Shown: positions 25,398-38,425 of the stretch, one piece after another
Numbering within the stretch: position 1 is the first letter of the stretch
Layout: every line of letters begins with the position of its first letter
Source of the DNA: Cycas panzhihuaensis
Lineage: Eukaryota; Plantae; Cycadophyta
Length of the DNA stretch: 64,000 bases
Direction: 5' to 3'
Assembly (NCBI GenBank): GCA_023213395.1
Contig: CM041465.1
Span: forward strand, 214,837,741-214,901,740
Program-made: the position numbers and the translations under genes
The notes under the pieces: generated by a model
Told to the model about the DNA's origin: nothing
Database searches by the model: none
Seen by the model: the letters and a program-made list of their open reading frames with translations, nothing else

Positions 25398-26448
25398 ATG
25401 GCACTAGCGTCTATCTCAGCTCCGAAGCCTTCGCTTCCTGCAAATGCCATAATAATTTCCAGTGGTAGTAAACCGGGTGGAACAGATGCCTGCTCTGCCA
25501 AATTAGCATCGGCAGGAGAGTCCCAGCTCTTCGGACCTAAAATCTCAACATCGACTCGGTGCGTACCCAGACCGCTTCAGATAACCCGCAGAATGGTCGC
25601 CATTGCCAAGGTAAAACCCAATACAACGGGCCGAATCTGAGCTTTCCCAATGCTTGGCATGGGGGAACCGTCAATTATGATATATTATTAATTCATAAAC
25701 GAATCTGTGTGAACTCTTCGTTTGGTTTTGGTGTGACATGACTTTCAGATTTCAAAAGGTACAGTGCCGCCTTCGTTTAACTTGAAAGACCAGGACGGTC
25801 GATCGGTGAACCTATCAAAGTTCAAGGGCAAACCGGTGGTTGTCTACTTCTATCCTGCAGATGAAACTCCCGGTTGCACCAAGGAGGTAAGATGGCTTCC
25901 CGCCAAACCCCCATTTTATATTTTTTTCTAAATATCATCCGTAATGCGAACCATGTTTCCAAAACCCTGTAAATATGCGAAATAAGGGATGGCACTGTAA
26001 AATTTCTGTGCTCCTCGTGGCGCAGGCATGCGCTTTCAGAGACTCCTATGAGAAGTTCAAGAAGGCCGGCGCCGAAGTAATTGGAATTAGTGCCGATAGC
26101 CCCGACTCTCACAAGGTTGGAACCCTGAACATCATGCTTTCTGTAATTCCTTGGTGAACAATGTTTTGTTGAGGGGACGTTTGGAGTTACAGATAGTGTG
26201 TGAATGATATAATCTGCCGGGGTGTTCAGGCCTTTGCAAAGAAATATAGATTGCCATTCACTCTGCTAAGCGACGAAGGAAACAGAGTGAGAAAGGAGTG
26301 GGGAGTTCCTGGAGATTTTTTTGGTTCGTTGCCTGGAAGGGAGACCTATGTTATTGACAAAAAGGGGGTCGTCCAGCTTGTGTACAATAACCAGTTCCAG
26401 CCTGAGAAACACGTAGAAGAGACCCTCAAGCTGCTCCAGACGCTGTGA
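25398..26448 (+). CDS. PRXQ: Peroxiredoxin Q, chloroplastic (BCP/PrxQ family), 219 aa; exons 25398-25610, 25749-25886, 26026-26115, 26230-26448
   Basis: Three phase-0 GT-AG introns (138, 139, 114 nt) splice to a Ser/Ala-rich transit peptide followed by [17 protein letters not shown]...[24 protein letters not shown]...[11 protein letters not shown]...[11 protein letters not shown]. CxxxxC active site intact. Confidence 0.97.
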
Positions 26449-29400
26449 ACACCGTCAAATAAGTGGTTAGCGGATTGTGCTGCATTCTGTTTTAGCAATG
26501 TTGATCTTTTTCATTTAATTTCCATTCTGTATGCCATTGTTCTTGTGTTATCTCTGACTGATCTGCGATTCTTTCCTAATTGGCATAGAAATGGATTCAT
26601 TCCTTTGGAAAGAATGGTATAAAATGAGATTCCGGGTTCTTACCCGAGGTTCCTATTTTCAGCGTGAATTAAAAAATCAGTGAAACTATGGGGAAAAAGG
26701 GGGAAATTCGTAGAATTTGTAGCCACAGTGACAACAGATTCTCTCCAGAAACATAAAGGAAACATCTCCTACTGATTGTGCGACCCCTGATTCTCAACTA
26801 TGATAAAGCTTGTAGTGATTCTGCTTTTCCTCTGATCATTTTTAAAATTATTTTAAATAAAAAATCACAATGAGAATGAGATGGGACAAGTCAGATCCCC
26901 CTGCATTAATTTGAACTATAATGGAGGAAATTGTCAGCGACATAAAGTTGATAAGGTTGTGGATAATTTGCGGCCTAAGCCGTGTTTCTTTTTGGGAGGT
27001 ATGGTTTGGAAATTAATTTAAATGCAAAATTGCATTCACGAGTGATAGGTGGAATGCTATGAATTTGTACAATTTGTACTTGGCACATTAAAATGAAGTA
27101 AACGATATGAATATGAGTGGTTCATAACTAATGTTTTCTTTTGGTGAATATCTCACAATTGGCATAATAGTAAATATGAGTTTGCTAACTTTTACCCACA
27201 AACATTTTTCTATGGTGAATATTTGAGAGGAGTTAACAATAATTTGTAACTATAAAGACACTCTAAATAACATTAATAGAAAAAGTATAATGTGTAATAG
27301 CTAGGACATGGATTTTAGCATTTAGTAGCTAACATTTTGTTGTATTAGCCATTTATATTTGATAGTGAACATTTTGGTAACATTCGAATGTTAATGCTTA
27401 ATGTCTAATATTGTCCTATTATAATTTTTAACCATTAGCCACTTGGTAAGATGGAAATTTGAACCTTTTCAAATAACACAAAATGGATTTGCATTTTCTT
27501 ATTTAAAAGTAGCATTTAACATTTGGCAAACTACGTTCTGTATTCTAATCAACATTTAATATGTAATTTATCGTGGTATTTGTACAACTTAACATTTATA
27601 AGTTCAATACAAAGTTTAATAGATATCATGTAACCTACAACAACTAATTGTAACTTTCAATGTTAACATGCATTTAACTATTACTTCATAACATTTGACA
27701 TTTAATGCAAACTATAGCTTTTTATAGCATACATGAAATATCTAGTGTTCGTCTAATCTTTTTCAGACTTGTACAACTATTGCGAAATACAAAGTAGATA
27801 TTCAAGACAACATAGGAAGCATGCATTCAATGGAGATATTCAATTGATTTAATCATAAACCATTTCACCAAATATTTTGGTCCATGAATGTTCATCCTCT
27901 TTGCTCATAAAAAATATTAATTTTCAACCAACAAATCATTAGAATGAACATGCACTTATAACATATTCTCATAATAAATGGACAACTATAAAAGCAAGTC
28001 AAAGGGTTATGTGTGCTAAAGAATACAAGAGTTTAAAATGCTTTTTCCTTTGTCATATGCTTACTATTTATGCAACAAGATCTAACACTATTGTGCTAAA
28101 TACTACATTGTGGGTTTAAATTTTTGTCATTTGATAGCGAGATAAATTGATATTTAAGCTCAATATAAATAAGGATGTCTTATCCTTTAACATCCATTGC
28201 CCTTTTATTCTTATAGGGATAGTTCATCTTGGTTTTTCTCCTTCATCTTTTGATGTATTTTTTTGATTTCCAAGTGTAATTCCATCATGGTAATTGCCAC
28301 TTATGCAATGGCCTCATTTTTGTTTAAGGTTCTTTCTTGACATTATTATACACTTATATTATTATAGTGAGTTAATGCAACTTACTCATGAGCATAGTAT
28401 CATCTAAGGAATCAAGAACCTTATTGTATTATCTTTCATTACTTGCATGTTTTGTAAAGTTATAGTTATGTAACTAGGCTAATAAGTTTATGGGTACCTT
28501 GGAGGAGATTTTTGTGTGTAGTTGATAATTCATTATTAAGTTGGGAAGGGTACTCATGACACTTGAGAATAATAGGTGAAGTGTGATTCATGTTACTTTA
28601 GTTCTTAAGTGGCATAGATGCTACACGCAACTGAGTAGGCATACCACATAACTTATGTGGCAAGTTATGTTAATGTTAGTAAAGTAGGTATAAAGTTAAA
28701 GAATGCAAGAAAAATTATGGTTATTGATTGACTGAAGTGCCTATTTTTTATGCATGTAAATAAAAGAATGGAACGAGGCAATTTTCTAAGCTTTGTATAC
28801 ACTATATGGAGTAGTTACTACATTCTCGTGGAGAATCTTAGAAAGTTTATGTGGTTAAACTATGCCTATCTTTTGCATTATTGATTAAGTATATGAGTTC
28901 TACTTTATGGGTTGCATGGATAGCGACTTTAGTTTCAAGTAAGGACATGTTATGTCTCTTCTAAAGAGTGAGAACATTCAACAAGTCTTCATATTGTTAC
29001 AAATACGTATAGGAATCATATTGTTAATAATTATGCAGATCTTCTCATAAATAACTAGTGAAAATATGGAGGCCATGCATTGATGTGAGAACTATGTTTT
29101 TATGCTAATAATTGCTTATTTGCTTGAAAAGCACTAAATACATCAAGTTTCTTGAATTTTTTTTCTTTAGTATGAGTTGGATAAAAGCCAATTCTATGGT
29201 CACTATGGAACAGAGCTCCTTTATTAAAGTTTCATGGAAAGAATGAGAGCACTACTTCATATCTTCAATTTCTTTTAAGTAGCTTCATATTTTAGGCATA
29301 AATTTTCCATTGGAATTTTGAGAGAGAAAGAGTGTATATGTGTGTGTGTTTGCACGCACGTGCATGTGTGTAACCTACTTAGGGCCAATGTTGCTCATGC

Positions 29401-29576
29401 AACCCAATAATGGACCTAGGGTAGGAAACCAAGCCAAAGAGGGGAGTCAATAGACTTCCTCTCCTACACACTTATACATTTACCTAGGTGTGAGTATGGG
29501 GACAAAGGGGAATCCAAGAATAAGTGAAGAGGATGTATGCAAATAATGTTTGTATGCACGTATGCATGCGTGTATG

Positions 29577-29578
<2 letters not shown>

Positions 29579-29650
<72 letters not shown>
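29579..29650. repeat. Compound microsatellite (TG)31(AG)5
   Basis: Directly visible. Confidence 0.95.
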
Positions 29651-29651
<1 letters not shown>

Positions 29652-29699
29652 TAAGATAGATATCTAATCTATATGCAAAATGAAATGAAAAAGAATATA

Positions 29700-32600
29700 G
29701 GAAAGCACTCAAAACACGAGAAATAAGTAAAAGCTAACTAAACTAGACCTCCTCATATGGAGAAAATAACACTCAAGAATAGTCCCGAGAATTAGGAGGA
29801 TTGTCAGGGTATGAGTGCCCAAAATAATGACAAATCCCTATAAACCTATCTTAAGAACTATCATCCCTAGGAGTAATCAACCTTTACTTGACCCACCCTT
29901 TAAGTGTCACTATGCATCAATTCGATTTAAGAATAAAGGAGGACCAATTAGAAAAGAGGTAAAAAAAGAAATAAACTATGGGGTGAACCTGCTTGTGGGT
30001 AAGTTAGTGGAGACCCACTTGCCTAGTAACAACCCACCTACAAGTGTGGGAGGTTGAAGGATGCTCATACTTTAATTTCCAACATGTAAAGGAAGATAAA
30101 AGAAATCACTCTCAATGGAATGTATGGTGCTTACTTGATTCTCTTAACTGTATGTGGTTAGGAGAGTCACCCACCACCAAACTATTCTGAACATAGTCAA
30201 GACACAACCTAACCTCAGATGCAAGGCTACTACACTCCATTGGTGATGAAATCTAGTTAGAATCCCAAGTAGCCCCTCCTCTCAAATAAGTGAAGACTTA
30301 ACCTGAATGAAACCATGAGAGCAAAGAGCATAATCTAATATAATTATATACTTATTTACTTAAATATACACAACACATAAATCTATTCTAAATGAACAAA
30401 CCCACAGTCCCATGGGTTTAAGGACTCACAACAAGTGCAAAATCCCCCACTCCATGTAGGTCAACCTTTCAAGCATGCCTTTAAGAAAGAACTTTTTCCA
30501 CTTTCTTTTCTTTTGATGGTCCAAGGAAACCACTTTTTTTGTCTTTTATTCAAAATCAAATAGGAAAGAGAGAAAAAAGAGAGTTCTTTTGCTTTTACTT
30601 TTAAAAATAAAGAAAACATAAAAAAGAAAGAAAGTCCTTTCTGCTTATAGTTTAATGAACTCAAAGGCACCACAAAGTAATGTAAAAAGAAAGGGGTTGG
30701 AGGGGGGTGGGGGGGAGGGGTGTGAGCATACTTATTAGAATGCTTTTCAACTTTTAACAATTTCTTTTTTTTATGTGTATGTTTTTTGCTTCCATGCATC
30801 CAAGTTCACCAAGACACAACAAAATAGAAAACTAAGAGCACCCATTTATAAGGTAGGTAATCCTAGCCAAAATCTAGTAGTATTTGTACATATTAGATTG
30901 TACTATGATGGGAAAAGTTTAGTAAAAACTATACATTTCTCAAAAAATAAATCCAAATACAACCTAAAATCACTAAACTATTATACTAACTTGGAAAAAA
31001 TTTAGTAGCATTTCCTCTGCTTAATAGGTAGTTTCAATTAGTGAGAAAGAGGAAGAATGCTCTAAAGTTATTCACTCATTCACAATCTACAAGTGAAAAT
31101 ATACCTTTGGACTTGCTCTTCTACCTATAGTATTAGTTGCAATAGGAAAAACCAAAATATACATGCAATAAAAGGGAGAAAACAAAGAATAAAACTATGC
31201 CAAGTTTTAATCCAACTAAATTTAGATATGTTGATGGCCTGAGATATGGTGGATCACCATTACGTATGAGTTAAAATAATATCAATGGGCCCTCCAAGAC
31301 CATATTAAGAACTTCTATGAGTGAAAATTAGTAGCATAGGAGGTCCAAGAAATGAAAATGAAACAACAAAAGAGTCGAAGCATGAAATAATTATATTGGA
31401 GTCACAATGAGAGGTAATGAGTGCTCACTTTATGTAAGATGATCACTAAAACCACTTGGTCTATAGCATGTTGGCTTCAAGCTTCAAGTTTATAGGTTTA
31501 CCATATCACTCAAATGGCCTCACCACTCCACACAAGCTCTCTCAAATAACAATACTCAATCGAATTGATAATGGAGAAAATTCTAGCAACACTCCATTGC
31601 ATAGAGAATCCTCCCCCTTCTAATGGAATGAGGAGTTATTTATAGATGAAAAGAAGTGGATTTAAGACCAATAACTTTAGTTAAACAATGGGATAAATCC
31701 ATGGAATTGGTTCAAGGGTTTGACGAAAAATTAATTGTTATTTAGTAAAGGCATTGAATAAAATTATAAAGGATGGGATATATTCAAAATTTGGCTTGAA
31801 ACCATTAGCTAGAAAACATGGTTTTTGACCTATTAGAGGTTGGGAGGAGGAGTATTAACTCCTTATCCCCTCCCATAGAATCTACCATAAATTTTAATGG
31901 AAAAAAGTGGGAGTAAAGTATAATAAATATGACAAGATAATTTCCCAAAATTTTGCAATAGGCCATTCACTCTTTATTTTCACTTTTAGAATAGGGCATG
32001 ATGCCTTGTTGTGAATCAAAATAGAATGTCATTTTTTATTATAATTTTGAAAGATAGCCATGATGTCTAGCCATGGATTTATAATAGGATATAACATTCA
32101 ACTATGAGTGAGATGTATCCTTATTTATAAAGGGACATGATGCACCATTACAAATTTGTAACGATGCATTATATGTAACTTTGAAAATCATAATAGAGTA
32201 AGACTCAAAATGGAGCTAGTAAAAAGTTGACAAAAGTAAAAATAAAATAAAATAATAGCGATGGAGTTCCTCAATAAGAGGGGAAAGAAGACCTAAAAGT
32301 ACTTTTAGAGGCATTAGAGAGCCATTTCTAATAAACAAGGCTTAGGTGGATGGTTTTAGTATGCCATTGATAGCTATGTGTATCATCACTAAACATGTTA
32401 CTCATATACCAATCACCAAAATAATAAGTCAACATTAGTAGCATGTATATAAAGGTAAGAAATGTATACCTGACTTACCTATGCTTGTGATGAATATTAT
32501 AATCTTGATTTTTTAGAAATATTTATCCCCTTGGTAATAGAACCTCTTTAAATCAGTATTGTAAGATGATGAATGCTAACAACGATGCCCAATAGGTTAT

Positions 32601-34000
32601 GCTTTTATTTATTGAAGCAATTAAGAAGGGTAGTGATAGGGGAATAACTTGGAAGTCGTATCGCTTATGAGAAGCTCAACAATGGGGTATTATCATATTT
32701 AGCCTTATTAGCAAAAACTTAGCGAATATTTCCCTTAGTTTAACCTCATCAATAAGAATATAAGAGGTGTGGTTACTATAGTTTATCCTTATTAGTGAAA
32801 GTTCAAAGAATGTCACACTTAATTTAACCTCATTAGCAAGAACATCAAAGGGTTGATAGTTTAGGCTCATTTTAGAGTAGTGTTATATAGAAGTGAGACA
32901 AGCTTGAAAGCCTAATATCTATCATGGGATCATAAGGCTAGGTACATCTCTATCAACATAAGGGGTTTCCATAGTTTATCCTCGTTAACATCTTTTTTTT
33001 TTTAAGCAATCTTATATGTGAGAGGTATTGGATCAAAAGCCAAGTCCCTATAGTGGGTTCAGGAGCATGTGAAGGTGATGAAAGTAAGATGATTACCATA
33101 TTTTAACCTCTTTAGTGATAAAATTTTAGAGAAAATAGTAGTTTAGGATCTTTTCAGAGCATTAGTAGTTCAAACTAATTATGGAGTGTTGATAGTTTAA
33201 GTTCACTATAAAGTATTGGTATATATTAAGAAGACTAGCCTAAGAGCCTAATCTCACCAATGGGGTTGAAAGCCCTGAGGAGGAGAACAATCTTACCATA
33301 GGTACTACTCTAAGATGTGTGTGAGCAATTAGTCAACTTTAGTATTTTGATCCCACGGAATATGTTGAATTACCACTAAGGAGAATTGGGGCAATAATTA
33401 CCTAGTTAAGTTGGCAAGGTTATGTAGGGAAATGAAGTTGGTATACATGTGTAAGTTGATAGACAACTAATTAGGAGTTAGAAAGTAACAAATTAGGGTT
33501 GGTGTAAACTTGGAACATATTAGTTAGGGCCTTAATGATTGTAGTATGCTCAATGATGTTGTTAATTGCTATTGTATAAACTTCCTAACCCTTGTTAAAG
33601 TATGGCTTATTTGGTCACAAATGATCTAAGCGACAACAAAGAATCCAGGATTTCCATGACTTCACTCATTAAAATAAGTGATCAATGCTAGAGAAATGCA
33701 ACGGTAGCTTAGAGATGGCCTAATTAATATGGGAAACAATCGACAAGGAAGGATTTCAAGCTTGTGCTCTTAACTTCGATTGCCAATATGCTTAGAAATG
33801 GGTGTCATGGGTGGCTCTTTATCACGTTAACTACAAGTCCCAAAGTTAATTATTTTATCCCTATAATATTAGATATATTTTAAATATAATTAATGCCATG
33901 ATAGACCTAAGCAATTAGATCCAAAGGTCCTAAATAACCTACATGACAGGATTTAGATAGTATATAATAGGTGGGGACAAAGTTGACATGTGGCTTACCC
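29700..34000. mobile_element. Decayed non-coding retrotransposon sequence (3' region or LTR-like), probably linked to the Tat-like lineage
   Basis: CpG-depleted and shares two repeat motifs with 35500-35780 and 38076-38400. Boundaries could not be resolved. Confidence 0.4.
32690..33215. repeat. Degenerate short-repeat array B (TAGTTTA.CCTCATTAG core, spacing ~41-44 and ~27 nt)
   Basis: Units at ~32694, 32735, 32779, 32820, 32857, 32972, 33098, 33140, 33192. Confidence 0.65.
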
Positions 34001-35929
34001 TAGATACTAAGAAGGTGGAACGAGCAAAACCACACACAGACACACACACATAGATAGATAGATCACTTTTATTTTTATTTTTTAATAATATTTTTGTTAG
34101 TGGGTGTCATTTCATATGATGGTTTAAATATGGGTCATGGTAAACTAATCATTGTTGAACTTGTCTCTTAGGTAATGCACTTAATCCTGTCTAATACTAG
34201 CTTTAAAGGACAAGTTGGATATAGTTGTCATATAATATTCATTAGGACACAATAGGTTAAATTTCTATTTTAGTCCCCCAAAATATAACAATGATGAGCC
34301 AACACTTGAGGAGCCACACCACTTGGAATGGAAGCATAAGTTTTAATAAAATGAAGGCATAGGAGCTAAAATCAAATAATCGATGGTTGAATTGTGAGGA
34401 GTTCTAGGGCTATTCATGTAGGATTTCTCTAAGTAGAATATAGGGTGGAATATGTGGAAAAAGAACCTCAAGAAGGATACTATATTTCCTTAGAAGTAGT
34501 TGCTATAATGAGGATCACACATTACAATTACAAGCAAGTTTATTTTATGATAGAGGTATTATAAGTCAAGCTTAGATTTTGGTGATAAAAAGGCACTAAG
34601 TAATTCTATTAGAAAAGGTAGCACCTAAGGGTGCAAAAATTCCAATGAAAGAGAGGCATAATCGAGGAGCATAGGTTCAAAAATAATCTAAATGGAGAAT
34701 AATTCGTGGATTTGAGATCATGGCTCAAAATTGAGCCATTTGATTGTATTTTTTCCTATACATATAAAGGGGTCCTTTAGGGCTAGTTTGGGTTCTAGAG
34801 TAGGTGGGAGCTAAGATGTTCTTGGTGCCATAGTCTTGTGTATCTAGAAATATGAGCCTAGTTTTTAAAATTAATTCAATGGATTATAATCTTAAGCATA
34901 TTTTAGATTATTTTTTTCAATGTGATTTTTGGGCTAGAGTTGGTACACTTATAAGAACATTAATAGTAATTTTGTGACTATGGTTAGCCCAAGTGCACTG
35001 GTAATTAGTAGCCCTTCCAATGATCTTGAATCCTATATAGGAATAATATTAAAATTATGAGTCTAATAGAATTTTTTGACCTCCTAAAGCCTAATAAAAT
35101 CCATTATAAACTTTGGTTTTCATGAGATTTAATTTTATCTTTATATACAAAAAATTAATTCAACCCTAATAAGTTTTTATACATCTTGGAAGTCTCGAGG
35201 TAATTGTAATCAAATCAGGAGTTGGTTGATGAGCTATTAGCTCCTATGTGATTACGATGAAATAATAGCCAAGAATTAAATAAACCTAATAGGCATAAAC
35301 CCTTTGATTTTTAGAATTTTAAAATTTTGCTCAAAACCCTTATTTTGTGGATTTAAGGATTTTTTGACCAGATGGAGTCTTAAACCCCTAGTTGTGGCCA
35401 AACTTGGTTATTTTAATATCTTAAATATTTCTTTCTAATTGTTTTTTTTTTTAATTTTTTTAATTTTTAGAAAATTTTAAAATTTTTAGTCTATAATGCA
35501 CTAGGCACATTTCATAATATGATGTCCCATTATGATTCATGCCCTATTGTTTCTTTAAAGTAAGATATAACGTTTCATTCTGAATCTCAAAATAGAGTGC
35601 TAAGTCTTGTTGTAAAAATTATAATAGGGTGTCTCACCTTATTGTAAAATATGATATTAGATTTCATAACTAGTCATGATGTCTTGCTATGAATTTCATA
35701 ACAAGGTGTGATGCTCTATTACGAATCATAACAAACTCTAATACCGTGTTCTAAAATTTAGAATAGTACATCACATTATAATGGTGCTTTAGAAAGATGA
35801 CCAAAAAGGATATAGATGGATGGATAGATAGATAGATAGATAGACGGGAAATTAGTTTCAATTCTTGCCATGTCACAACTTACCAGGGACTAACCTTGGT
35901 TATTGTTTGGTTTATAGGTGGCAACTACA

Positions 35930-36620
35930 ATTTCTAATAAAGAGTTTACAATGTAGGCCATGCTTAATTTAGTTAGTGAGATGTATGGTATGATCCAACA
36001 ATCCCACAAAGTTGTAGTCTTTATAGGATCATGACTTCCCAGTAATATATGTCAAATCAGGCCTTATTGGTTAATGTGATCAAATATTATGATCGATAGA
36101 GGTAGGTGTTCCACTTGCCCCTTATGAGTAGCATGCATATTATCGTTGATGATGTTTGAAAGATCTTGCGTGTCCCTCACACTGGGTCCCTTATAGATCT
36201 AGGCACTCCAAACAAGAGTGATACCATGAGAGATCAGGTGATGATGTTCCTTTATAGAGGTAGGGGATGGGATCAATGGGTCTTAACATAGCTTTCTATC
36301 TTAATATTGATGGGATTTCACTAGCACGAAAGCTGATCATCTCCGTGTTTTTATTTAGGATTATATAATGGTAGAGATATACCAAGTTCCAAAGTGAATA
36401 GATGGGGTGAGTCTCTCATTGCGAGGTATAGGATAAGTTTGATTAGGCCTCAATGATCATGGCCAACATTTACTTATAACTAGATAAGATTAAGTCTAGT
36501 AGGTCTAGAGGATTTTCATACTACTCCTTATTATAATCTTACTTCCTTGATTACTTTGTTAGGTGAGACTCCATGGCAGACTAATACCCATCGATTTAGA
36601 TAACCTTGTGATTCACATGT
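35930..36620 (+). pseudogene. Plant Mobile Domain (PMD, aminotransferase-like, MAIL1/MAIN family) remnant, antisense to Gypsy copy C
   Basis: Manual translation from 36061: ALLVNVIKYYDR*R*VFHLPLMSSMHIIVDDV*KILRVPHTG. After a frameshift: FD*ASMIMANIYL*LDKIKSSRSRGFSYYSLL*SYFLDYF. These resemble the PMD motifs ERW..ETHTFHLP.GEMTITLEDV..ILGLP and (Y/F)SWG.A.LA.LY..L...LLQ.W. Confidence 0.72.
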
Positions 36621-38075
36621 GGCCATCACACTTTAAAGGGGGGGGGGGGGTTTAGGGGAGCTAATTAGTTGGAGTATTTATGCTTACCATCTAGACCTTC
36701 TAATTATATCCATGTTTACCCACAACCCCTGTAGTGAGATATATTGGGATTCTAGTATGGAGAAGATTATCCCAACTAGAGAGGATGGTGTTGGTGGTGG
36801 AGATAGTGGTGACAATGGAGGGGGTGGAGTCTAGCTAAATGTTATAATAGGTGGAGAAGGGGAGAGAGGAAATAATAACAATGATGCTAAGGGTAAGATC
36901 TTAACTCACTTCCTCTAGTTTAATTGATTTCATTCTATTTTAATTTTTAGATTTTATTGACTTATTAGTATATCATCACTAACTATAGACCCCTATTTGT
37001 TTTTATAGATTTCAACACACTACAACCTAACTTCATCTAGTAGGTTCTTAATTTTGTATTACTAAAAGTATATGAAGAGGGGAAACCTCTTGTAGTAAAC
37101 ATTGCGCTCCCAACACTAACGTGTCCTCACATAATTATGTTTTCTCCATTGATAAGGGTAGTAAATATGTAGGTAGCAAATAGGATGCCATTGGCCTAGT
37201 TTCATGGCTAGGCCTCATCATCAATAGCTTAGGCAGTACCTCATGGCAAAGTCTATGTATCTATCTTAAAGGAAAATCTCTAGTTTGTAACTACAAAGAG
37301 GGACTAACTCAAGTTAGAGAGAGATAAGGAGTAATAGCATGTGATTGATGAGTAACAACAAGCCTTTGTTAAGAGGCTAAGGATGATAGAGATGATGGCT
37401 AGTAGGTTGAGGTAGATAAGCCACACTTAGATAGAGTCAATTCAACCTATTGACAACCAAATTTAGGACTAGGGAAACTGGGTTAGCATGTCACATTATT
37501 AGCAGTCGAAGAGCCTATAGTCGCATGATGGAGGATCCCTCGAGTAGGAGGGGTCAATAAGAGGGTAAGAGGGATTGATATCCCATGTTATCTTATGATT
37601 TAAGGAGAGGCAAGCCCACTTAGTGAGGTTTTAAGGTGTGGGTTTTATAGCTTATTTGAACATTCTGGACACCCTCATGAAAGCATAGGCTCCTTCAACA
37701 CTATGTTGTGCTCATATCTTATTTTAAGGTATGTGTATGTGTGTGTGGGATGCTAATTTGAGATCCCTAGTATTATGACTCATATCAATATTTGATATGT
37801 TGGTTGTATTTGATTTATGTTTTATAACGTGTGTGCTTTGATGGACATGATATTATTGTTGTTTAGACAAATGATCATAACATGTGCCATTGATTTTTGG
37901 TAGTAGTCTTATATGATCACATATACCTAGTTTTAGCATACACACAATATCAAATAGATCTCATATGAGAGATAATGTTTTAAAAAGGGTTTATCCTCTT
38001 TCTAAAGTATGTATTTTTGGAATTTTTATTGTATATATATATTTTCTAACTTTTTTATAAATGATATTTACATGT

Positions 38076-38402
38076 GATAGTTTACACTCATGATAGAGCA
38101 CAACTAGTTTATACTCATCATGGAGTGAGGTGCGTCCAAGCATATAACTTGGGGGGACTATAGTTTATACTCTTGCTTAGAGTTTAGGGCTAATTTATAC
38201 TTGTAGGGGAGTGTGATACCCCTACAGGTGACTAAGGGAGGAGGGAAGGTTTAGGTTAATTTTAGAGTGTCAACTTGTTTCCACTCATCATAGAGTTTTA
38301 GATATATTTTTTACTCATCAAGGAGCTCAATTAGTTTGTACTCATTATGGAGTATCAATAGTTCACCCTAATTTTAGAGATGCATTAGTTTAGGCTCATT
38401 TC
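38076..38402. repeat. Degenerate tandem array A (~28-nt unit, TAGTTTAYACTCATCATRGAG core, ~10 units)
   Basis: Units at ~38078, 38105, 38161, 38191, 38248, 38275, 38304, 38332, 38359, 38386, immediately 3' of the integrase stop of copy C. Confidence 0.75.
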
Positions 38403-38425
38403 ATAATTGTTAGGGGAACTAGAAG

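Noticed and set aside
25383-25640. 85-aa ORF as a separate small gene
   Set aside because: It is PrxQ exon 1 read through into intron 1. ORFs 25975-26157 and 26200-26448 are likewise PrxQ exons with intronic extensions.
28480-28520. LGGDF motif suggesting a LINE endonuclease or Helitron helicase
   Set aside because: Isolated 5-residue match with no supporting motifs that I could read.
29464-29712. His-Thr repeat protein
   Set aside because: Translation of the (TG)n microsatellite.
32690-33215. Repeat-spacer pattern resembling a CRISPR array
   Set aside because: Plant nuclear context, degenerate repeats, irregular spacing and no cas genes. Better explained as retrotransposon 3'-region repeats.
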